Shown here one piece after another: positions 26,989 to 38,054 of a stretch of 64,000 nt of DNA. The notes beneath the pieces were generated by a model. The model was not told the DNA's origin. It searched no databases and worked only from the letters and a program-made list of their open reading frames with translations. How positions within the stretch are numbered: position 1 is the first letter of the stretch; each line of letters starts with the position of its first letter. This stretch comes from the human T2T-CHM13v2.0 reference genome, Homo sapiens: assembly GCF_009914755.1 (NCBI RefSeq), contig NC_060932.1; one strand, written 5' to 3'. Both the position numbers and the translations under genes were made by a program.

Positions 26989-27344
26989 TTAGCCGTTTCT
27001 TTTCTGGGTATTTCCCTTTGTTAAGTGTGCATATCTGGTAGAACTTCTACTTTCCTTTCTGTCATCTTTGTCTCGGGATGCCATTTTACTAGAAACATCC
27101 TTCATATTTGTTGATTTTTTCCTATTTTCCTTGGTTTTAGCACTTTTTTCTAGGTCCACTTTCTCTTTTTCTCTGTCCTTTTTACCCTTAGGAGACTCCT
27201 TCCTGGATAGGTCTGCATCAGCAATTTTCTTATCCTTTCGGACATCCTCTTTCTTCCCCTTTTTTCTCTCTTCATTCTTACTTTCCTTCCTTGACTCAGG
27301 TTTCTCTTTCTCCTTCTTGAGCTCTTCTTTAGTGAGTTCTTTAA
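26989..27344 (-). CDS. ASPH: Junctin terminal exon: basic KEKE-rich lumenal tail (V)KELTKEELKKEKEK...GNTQKRNG*
   Basis: Track ORF 26989..27360; AAG acceptor at 27345-27347; completes a 210-aa junctin. Confidence 0.96.
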
Positions 27345-28184
27345 CTTTCAGATTTTCCAATTAAAGGAAAAAATGTTTATTGACAGGATCTCTTAATCAC
27401 AGAACAGGAAGTTAGTGAAAAGGTATTCTCTTTTTATCTCTCCACACACAGGAAATGCACATTCAGAAAGTTACTTTAATTCACTAGTCTTTATGGTGGC
27501 TAAAAATAGGTGCAAATCTCTATCAAATATCAACTATTAAAAAATGCTAGAAGCTTGTCATATTTTCCATCTTGAAATATAGTATGACTTGTCTTAAAAC
27601 ATTAACATGCAATATTATAAAATTGAGGGCACCACGAAGGCAGTGCTTTACACAAAGTATTAACTCACACTTTGTAACTATAATTAAAGGAACACTGGCA
27701 ACGTAAGAACAAATTTTTCATAATTTGTAAGAATATATACAAAGATAATTTAAAATGTTTAGCTCAAAAACATATGTCCTTAAAATACACGTGCTTCTTT
27801 GAAGACAAATATATGTAAATAAAATTAAATATAATTTCATTTTATTAGTTAACTAGGAAAAAATTGTCATGTGTATGACATTTTTAAATCATTATCTGTA
27901 GTATTTAAAAGGAAAAATTAGAATTCTCTTTCTGCTTATATTCATCATGAAATCAGTATTCCTTTAAGTATGTTTCCCTGTTAATTCATGTAGAGCAACT
28001 CAAGCTAACACACGTCTTCTAGTTCATTGGGTTGAGAGAGCAATTAAATGAAACACACAGCTAATTCCAAATCTCATGGAAGGTATTGCTTTCAACTTGC
28101 TTTACATGGTAATAAAGCAGTTAGCAAAAGCTCTGAATTTCATCTGTTTGTACTCTCATAAGGAAATCATAAGGTAAGGTGTTT

Positions 28185-28228
28185 GCAATGCCACATTTAA
28201 GCAGAAGCAATGCCACATTTAAGCAGAA
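28185..28228. repeat. Perfect 22-bp tandem duplication
   Basis: GCAATGCCACATTTAAGCAGAA twice. Confidence 0.95.
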
Positions 28229-29061
28229 ACAAAGAAAATGAAATATTTCTTTAATATAATAAAATGTGAAAGATGTTTTTGCCCATCAAAATCACATAAA
28301 ACTTACATAGCACAAATGGTATTCAAAATGAGCATTAGATTTGCAGTGCTCACTAAAAGCACTATGTCTTTCTAGGCTGTCTAATAAAATCTTGATTAAC
28401 AAACAAAAACACCACATAGGGTTTCTCCATTAACTGAATTTCCTGGTGATCAACCAGGAGATTCTTCAGTTCTTCCTAAAAAACCTTATTACAGTCTTTT
28501 AAGAATACAGAATAGTATTCATTCAGGATCATGCTGAGTCTTCATTCTACTTCAATGCGTTTGGACAGTAACATAGATACTGGCATTGCAAAAGTGTAAA
28601 ATGGATGTGCAATGCTATCATGTCTTATTCTGAAAACTGCTTTTAAAAAATTCAGTCTTTAATGTTTAATTTGCTTCTCTAGATCAAGAAGTAAAATATT
28701 TTATTGTCCATTTGTTTCATCATTATTTATATAAAAATAAGATGGTGAAAATTGTTTTCATCCCCAGAAATTATTCAGAAGAGATAGGTTAAACCATTAA
28801 AAGTTCCTGATCTTAAAATATAAATCACAAAACCCTGTGAATCACATAGTAAGTCTCATCTGTTCATATTTCACCAAAAAAACAAACTACAAACAATATG
28901 CCAAGCCCGTGAAATGACCACAAGAATATCACAGGCTTATAAAGAAAAACAGGCTTATATAGAGGCATGCACATCCCCCATGCCTCTACCCACAAAGAAT
29001 ATGACTACTAACATATGAACAAGAATAACCACTGGCATATAAAGTCAGGCTGTAATACTGA

Positions 29062-29398
<337 letters not shown>

Positions 29399-29968
29399 CA
29401 ATAATTTTTAATGAATTAAAATATCAAACACAGCAAATTCTATGTCAATGTAATGTAGGGTTATACATTTACATCCAAGTTTTCATTTTACTGAAAACTA
29501 CACATTTGAATCACACTAGCTTTCACTGTGCTCTAAGACAGAGTGTCATGAGAGCTTTTGGAGAAATAAAAACAATTACTGAAGACTTCATCTTTTTTTC
29601 CCAAAAGTAATTCAAAAAAATCAAAGTAAGAAAGGTTTTAGGGAACAAGGTAAGATGTGTACATGTAAATTTAATATATACATCATAACAAATATAACAT
29701 ATTTGTATAATATATACATTCTTAATTTAAAGACTATTACAAAGCTTTGATAACATGAAAAGATAATGACTTAAAATTATAGGCTTGAAGCAGAAAATCC
29801 TTTGATGAAATCTTGATAAAACTACTTATAACCTAAGTTGCACCCAAGCAAGACCCAAAAGCAATAGTGTTTAGCATTAGTAGCAATATTAACATTCCCA
29901 GAAAATGTCATGCATTTTCAAACATTAAACTTGATTCACTCAAGGCTAATTTGAAAAAATGAAAATAC

Positions 29969-30010
29969 CTTTAGCCTTAGTTTTTCTCTTGGCTACCCCA
30001 CTGGGTCCTT
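29969..30010 (-). CDS. ASPH: Junctin-specific 42-nt exon, (E)GPSGVAKRKTKAK(V)
   Basis: CAACAG acceptor, GTATTT donor; matches recalled junctin sequence; in frame with flanking exons. Confidence 0.95.
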
Positions 30011-33000
30011 CTGTTGACATTTACAAGATGAAAATAGGTTATAAACAGAAAATTTAAGGGAATTCAAAAATAAGTGTCTATTAAATAGGTAAAATCAATG
30101 CCACTATAAAATATGTTAAGTTAGTTAAATTCATCATTAAAAAATACTCCAATATCTCTCTTATTTGTCACTTTAAAGCTTTCCTTTCACTATCTTTAAC
30201 ATATAAATGCATTATAATCAGCCTATGATTTAACCAACTTCACAATTTGGCTTAGATCTTTAAGAATTGTTGGCATTAGAAATACTTAATTGCCACTGGA
30301 AATTGCATTTTCTACTCAGTGGTAGACTTCCGCTTGGGTCACAGATGATCAATTAAAAATACTAGAGTGAAGGACCAAGGACCTTACTTCACTACTCAAT
30401 CACACTTGCCATCCAAAAAAGGATAGCATATTTTGATAGAGTTCATCTTTACTGTTTGAACAATCACTGCTCTTCCACCAGTTCGCACTGTCTTTTAAAA
30501 AATTATACAAGCAAGTAAGAATGACAGTATTATGTACATACATTTTACATTTTTCACCCACTCTAAAAACTTTGCAATAGCTTTCTATTTCCTCTCTTGG
30601 CAAATGAAAGTTCTGATAATAGATTTATTTTTGAGTCTCTAACAATATACCTCTAACTCTTATTCCAACCAGGCTGTACTTAGCATCCCAATGAACTGAT
30701 CTTCCCAATTCTCTCTCTCAGTCACATAAAGGCTGGTTTATGCTATGTATTGGCAAACTTTGTAAAGTTCCAATCCATTTCTTAGGCACATTAGGGTTGG
30801 AGGTGCAATGTAGTGTTCATCTCCTCAGGAAGGGTGGCCTTTAGCCTGTCACTAAAGAACGAAGGTCTAAGGTGTGGTCACAAGAAAGTCCCCAAAGCCA
30901 TCTGACATTTTTGCAGCTGTAAATTGTAAAACCCACTTTGTACGTTTCTCAAAACTTCTACTTTCAGTATTAGATGTCTGTTCTATTATATTGTTCAAAC
31001 CTCCCCTTTCACTATTGATAGCAATTTGTATCTATCAATTGAGGTCATCCATTCGAGAATGGTAATTTATTTTGGTTGAAATATCAATATTCTTCAAAAA
31101 TGTTATTAGTATCTCTTACCACTGACAACATAAAAATGGAAACGTGACCATGGTTATATTTGTCCACTTATATGAAATACATAGGTAACCATAACCAGTA
31201 CTTATTCCCATGTGTTTAAAAATTATTTTTCCCAGACAAAACTTGATTCTTTCCTAACCTCTGCCAAAAACAGTGTATAACCCAGCAATAATGAGTGCTA
31301 TTTCCAATCACTCTCCACTAAAGTTTATTTCAGAATAAAATATCAAAACTATTTTCATAATACCCACTTTTAAATATGAGTAGTATCTAAGGTGTAAAAC
31401 ACATTAGCATAAAACATTAAAATATACTTCTAGTACCGCTATGTTCCCCTCCTGACTCCTACATGTTCTCCCACAGCAGAACCAGATTTTCCTATTAAAA
31501 CGTAGAGTGAGGAAACCCAGACTGCCCTCTCCCTACCCCCACTGTTATGATCTAGGTAAAAAGAGCTATATGGATGAAAAGACTAGAGTTAACTTTTGTC
31601 ATGAATAAACCAAAATATTAGATTAGCATCAGATTAGTGAAACATATAAAAATAAACAGTGCTGTGCTTTATTTTAAACTTTTTTGGTTTGGGTATAAAT
31701 CCTTATAGTGATAGAAATGAACACATGAACAAAGTGCAATGCATGATATAAAACTCCAAAGGATCATCTTATGCTTTTCTGAACTTAAAAACATAGCCAA
31801 TAATTTTTCAATATTTTTGACATAAAAAGGACCAAGCTAATAATTTAAACAATTATTACATTCAGTTTCTGAAGAAAAGTATATAGACATGAAAAAAGTA
31901 TACCACCAAAAACAGTTAACAAGAGTCCCTAAGTAACAATGAAACAAAAAGAGAGTAAAGAAAAAAAAATTTTTTTTTGTATCCCAGAACTTAAAATAAA
32001 ATGAAATTAAATTTTTTAAAAAAGGAAATGTGTTTGTTTGTTTTTTTTTTAAAGTGAAATGATCAGTTTTAGGAAGGAAGACATGAACAAAGGTTTAGGA
32101 TGAGGGCACTATTTTATTATGTTACTTACTAAATATCCTCTAAGGTTCTTCAGAATACAGTTTTACAAGCAGTAGAGAAGGCAGTCATGCCACAGTGATG
32201 AGAAAACATAGGTGGAAGGAAAGGTGACCAAAAATCTAGGGTGCTCACATCAGCCTTCCTCATTTCCTTAGAAGAAAACTGATCATACATGGAATTTCCC
32301 TAGATTCTGAGGGGAACAGAAAAGGAAAAAGTTTGAAGAATTTTATCCGGGTTTTGTTTTGAAGGTCGAGGAAACGCAGGCATGTCTGTAAGAAAAAGAA
32401 GCTAAGTTCATAACAGGAGAGAGGTGATGAGGTCAGGAGGATGTACAGGCTCAAGGGAAAGGGCTAGCTTTGGAAACCAGAGGATGCAGTGTCTGAAAAA
32501 AAATGGTGAGTGAATGAGACAAGAAACAATAGCTCAAAAAAATCCTGAGATAGTAATGTTGTAAAGGGAAGAGAGAAGAAAATAATGGAATGAAGCCACA
32601 CTAGATTATCTTAGGAAAGCAGAAAGCAAAATCATCTCTACAGAGGAATAAAATGACCCTGGAAGAAGGAAGGTTGTGGAAAAGTTTAGAATGACTGCTA
32701 ACAAGGGAAACTGTTGGAGCAGCATGCCCCCGACAGAGGCTCAGTACAGGTAACTTTATAACAGATTTTTTTTTCCCAGCAACAATGGGAAATACAGTAA
32801 TGGAGAAAGGGGTCAGTGGTAATCCAAGATTAGTGACAGCACGTAGAGGGGAAAAAATATTAGTTTGCGGGCATTAGAGAAGTGGACTTAAGGGAAAACC
32901 ACAAGGCAGGTACGAAAGGCCCACCTTTCTATTCTTCCTAATTCTTGACAGAATTAAATTCTTATCATTTGCAACTTTGGTTGATGTAGATTCTCCCTAC

Positions 33001-35548
33001 AGTGCCAAAATGCCACAAGCATGCACTACTTTTCTCCTTTTCTATCTTTAGTACCATAGCTAATGTCTAGGGAAAAAAAAGAAAAAAGGGAACATTCCAC
33101 TAATCAATAAAATTCATGACAACACAAAGGCTCTTCAAAAATAGTTTCCAAGTAGTAGGAAGAAAATTCTATCAATTCGAGCAAAAATGGAAACATCTTG
33201 GTATTTCTTAATCCATTCAGACAAAAGTTGTTTTTAATTAATAGAATATATTCCAATTTAAGAAATAATCAAAGCAGCATTAGGATGTGCTTAAAATACA
33301 TGCTGAAAAACAACTGCCATGCTATTTATTTTCTTTTCGTCCTTTTATACTTATTTTGATGTAAGTATTTAAAGTGATGATAGTTAATAGCTCTGGCAAC
33401 TATTTGGGAATTCTTATACAGAAATTAGAAAAAAGATCTTACATTCTTCCCTTAGAACGTAAGAGAGTTGCCTAAAGGAAATTTATGCTATTTTGGCAAC
33501 TGCCTCAGGCCATTATTCTACATTTTCAAAATCAAATGTTCTCTATGAAATTAAAATGTTTGAACCATTAAGCCAATGGATAGATCTGTGGTTACACCAC
33601 ATGCAATAGACATGATTTTAGAAGACTGGCTGCATTACAGATACACAAGTAGCTACTTCAGACTTTCAGACAGCTCTAGAATTGGTCTGGATATCACTTC
33701 ATACTCAGGTCACTTCAGCCACTCTCACCATTTCTAGTGAGACCTGTGAGTCACTGTAAGCCTTCTCATCTTCCTCCGTCCCATACTGGAACATCGTAAT
33801 CATTTCAACATTGACTACAAATAGCAAAAAGAGGCCCTAAATGTCTGAGTAACCATCCTGTTAGCGAGACAGACTGTTCCTCTAGAATGGATGTCTACTC
33901 TTAGTAAAATGCATGTCAGGACACTACACCAATTGCTTTTTTATTTTTAAATAGATGTAATAATATAGTACAGATTAAAAAAAGAAGAAGAAAAAGCTAC
34001 AAACCCACCAACCCTCTACAGTAAGTGGGGAACGGAGGATCAGAACATAAGAAAACTGAAAGACTAAATAAGCAGAAAGGGATTACATCCAGAGACAGAG
34101 AAAAAAAGGTAAAATGCAGATTCAAATACAAATTGGAGATTGGAAAGGTCACCTGAAGACTTTTGTTAGCGTAGGTTTGTTATAGAAACTCAAAATGTCA
34201 TTTCTATTGCAAAAAATATGTCCAATAATTTTACCACTTATTTAAACCAGTTTTTTTAAAAAAAAAAAAACTCAGTATTTTATTATGCAAGGAGTAACTC
34301 CTCATCCTTCAGGACCCACACCAGCATATGACATTATTCATATGATATTAATGAATATCACATGCAAGGCTTAGCATTGAAGGAGAATTCAAATAAAACC
34401 GAAGATCTGGTTCCTAGTTTCAAGGAGTCCACAAACTACTTAATATCTAACTCCTAAGTATTACAGGGTCATCTCAACAAATAACAAAGGCAGTGAATTC
34501 TGAATACTGGTTCCATCATTTAACTTATGAAAATAAAGTCTGGGTCACTGAGTTTCTTTAAACATTCCAAATATGCATTGTGATCAAAGATTCCACAGCC
34601 AAATCACAGAAAATTTCTTGTATGTTTTATAGACTTAAGGAGCTAGCCCAGCGGATTATTTAGAAAGGGTCATGGAGCATCAATTCCCAAAAAGTTAACT
34701 GTCAAGTGACCAAATTAAGAATAACTGGCTGTGCTAGATCTAATTTTTTGATAATTATCCAAAGTCACAAACATCAAGGTAGACAATCTGTTCTATCTAA
34801 CTAAATAAAAATAATTCAAACAGAAAATAGTCCCTCTTTCATGTCTGGATACAGCTCTATAAGACAGGGAGGTAATTTCTAGAATAAAGAAAGAATCAAG
34901 GACAAGATGAAAATGCAGGACAGCCCACTATTCCATATGTCCTCAGCACCGAGGCGTCTGCAGGATCCCCAGGGCAGCAGGCTGACAGCCAGGCCTCAGG
35001 ACTGGGTAAAATTGGCACCCAGAAGACACTTCCCCTACTGACTTATACCCACCACTCATGTCCCAAAGCAAGGCAGGCTGAAGGAAGCTAAAGGGCTGAA
35101 AAGAATCCCCAGAGTGCTGCTGTCTTGTTTTCGTGCCAAACTCCGGAGAACCCAGCGTCTTTGCAATCGGACAAATGTCAGCACATCCGAATAAGCCAGA
35201 ACAGTGACTCTGAGGAGACAACACTATATCTCAACACGAAGCCTGTTCCACAGAGTTTCTCAACTCTGAAAAGGTAAAGTAAATACAGTATAACTTAAAA
35301 TTCCATAACTATATAAACATTCAAATTAATGGGATATGATTTTGCCTTAATTTAGTTCTTAAGTTTAAAAGACATGAGGTAGGAAAAGACTTATATTATG
35401 AAACAAAGTCAGAAAATACACGCTTAGAAAATTAAGAATTTTAGCAATACATAATAAATCAAACTAAGGTGAAGTAATTTTGATCAGCTTTGAGATACTT
35501 TATAGTGCAGTTTATAGTGCAGAGATAAAATAAAATACCTTTATTTTA

Positions 35549-35573
35549 TCTCTCTCACACACACACACACACA
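35549..35573. repeat. Compound (TC)n(AC)n microsatellite
   Basis: TCTCTCTCACACACACACACACACA. Confidence 0.85.
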
Positions 35574-37809
35574 AGCCTTAGGCACAAGTTGACGGAAGTC
35601 ACAGAAGTCAGGGGTTCGTCAGCTACCTGGGTGTCACCTTCATCAGAGGCTTTCAGAGGAACTAATGAGAGGTGGTACAAAATAAGTAGCAAATTTTTAT
35701 CCCACATTCTTGTTTTTCACTTACAAAAATAAAGCATAATTAATTTCTGTACATAAAATATGCATTAGTAGGGCAAATAAAGCCTGATGAAAAATTAGTA
35801 ATTTCAAATATTTTTAACACAAAATTTAATCATTTACTTCTTATCAATTAATCGAATATCTTCTAGTGTTAGTAGTAACAACACGTTAACAAATAAGATT
35901 CCTTTAAAAAGTATATCCCGGAAATTAGGCTGGGTGAATTTCATTGAGTGGGGCTGAAGATTCCTTTAGAATTTAAACCTAATAAACTTTGATATTTCAT
36001 AGTACCCAAGTATGAAAGCAGAAGACACAATAAATACAAAGATTGAATAAATTTTCAGAAGGAACATTACTGAATGATACTCATTTGTTGCAGAACATGC
36101 TACTAAGTGACAGCTTAACTGAAGTCCTTGAATATTTGGAAACAGAAGCTTTAACAGACTATCTTCTGCATTAACAGAATAAAACATATTTGCCCATTAG
36201 TGCGGGCAAGACAAACAAGAACTTTAATAGTCACTTTAATAGTCATTTAAACTTTAAGAGATTATTGTCCAGTGTGTATATCCACATCCAAAAGTAGCTA
36301 CAGAATGTTTGCTTTTTAATAAGATTAGCAAATTGGACAGTATTTGCTGACACAGGTAAATGGTGGGCAGAGGGAATGGATGTCCCATGCTGACTTGAGG
36401 CTGCTACTTTCAGGCTGTTATTATGACAGCCTACAAGAGTAATTCATAACAATTTAAATTTGTCATAGTCCCCTCAGAATAAATGGATGAATGATACACT
36501 TATTGAAAGTAATTTGATTAGATATAGAAGACAAGAAATATTTGAAAAGTAGAAATTATAGTTAAATAAAACGTGAGGAAGTGCAAGCATTTTCAAATTT
36601 TTAGCTCTCTGACAAACTAACACTAAGCAAAATCCTAGAGAAGCTGGAAGAGATTTAAAACCACGGAACATCACTCCTTCAAAAAGTAACATCCCTTTCC
36701 TTATCTTCCTTATCCCTAGAAGAGCTTTGCTTGAGGGGAAACTGATGAAATCTCATTTTAAGAAATGCATTTTGTATATAGCTGCTACACCTGTTTTGGT
36801 TACTACTGAAGCAAACTCATTTTTAAAGCAATTGATTCAAATATGTTTTTAAGGCTTTCTAATGGGAAAAGTTTACTGCCCTAAATGGAATTACCACTTC
36901 AATAAGTTTATAATTCTAAAAATCACATTACATCTAAGCCAAAATCAATATCCAATTAATAAGTTAATGAAGGAAAAAATGGAAAAAGACTTATTTAGGA
37001 TGAATAATTTTAATATGTACAACATTAAGATACATATTCACATGTTCCCTCTTGTGTAATATGCCTACTTTAAAAAAAATACAAATTACTTTCTCTGGAT
37101 GTATATTTGGAAATAAAATTTAAAATAAATTTTGCTTTCACAGACAGAAATATGTCATGCTACTATCTGAAAACAGTAAGTTAACTTACTCTAAGGCAAA
37201 AACATGGAGTTATTTTTAAATTATTTTAAAAGCACCATTAACACAGAATTTTACATAGAAATTTGTATGAACCTATCTGACAAACCTAAACAAATTACAA
37301 TAAAAAATATCAGCTTAGTAAAGAACCATCATTTTATACATCAGTCATGTTAAAGAACAGAGAAGCATTTAACTTAAAAATCATGCCAGAAATATTTTTA
37401 TAATGAAATCCATTAGAATCATCATAATTAATAGTGTGTTAGAAAGACAAGCATCAAGGGTTAACCACAACACAATTTGCTGTTAAGTGTCCAAATTTAG
37501 TTCAGTGAATACATGAGTTGAAACAAAACGATACAGAAACCAATTATACCACCAAGAACATCATTTTCAGTGTACTTTGTAGCTGACTACAAGAATGAGG
37601 AGTACCATTTTCTTCAATAGAAGTTGGGGGAGCTGAGCGAGCAAGGGACTAGCTAGTAGCTGTACTGGGCAAGATCACATGGTTGACTTGCACGGTAAGA
37701 TCACAACCACCCCACTGCACATTAAGCCCTGCATAAGCCAAGGAAAGAAAAGAAAAAGGAGGCTGCTTCAGGTGTTCATTAGCCAATGACTTCAGTCCCT
37801 GAATCAAGG

Positions 37810-38054
37810 TTACTGGTTATGTAAATCCAATATGACACAAGTCTTTCCCTGAACCCCTTCATTCTGTGACGTACCATCAACACCATCTGCGGTTTCGCTT
37901 TCTTCTTCTTCTTCTTCTAGCATTTCAAAAGGAGTCATTATATCATAGAGAAATGAGAGGAAACCATAAAACCAATCTGAACTTTCCTCTGCTAAAATAT
38001 TAAGGACTTCCTCAAGAGAATCAATATTTTCATTACTGCCATCTTTGGTCAGGC
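37810..38054 (-). CDS. ASPH: Alternative ASPH exon (G)LTKDGSNENIDSLEEVLNILAEESSDWFYGFLSFLYDIMTPFEMLEEEEEESETADGVD; either a 180-nt cassette (37875-38054) or a terminal exon ending ...CVILDLHNQ*
   Basis: Strong pyrimidine tract and GTAG acceptor, phase 1 in frame with the EF-hand exon; internal donor G|GTACGT; track ORF 37810..38136. Confidence 0.85.

Noticed and set aside
27068-27364. 98-aa Ser/Phe/Leu-rich ORF on the + strand
   Set aside because: Antisense shadow of the Lys/Glu-rich junctin exon
34941-34962. TCAGCACC resembling a REST/RE1 site in a GC-richer patch
   Set aside because: Only the left half matches; the GGACAG half is missing
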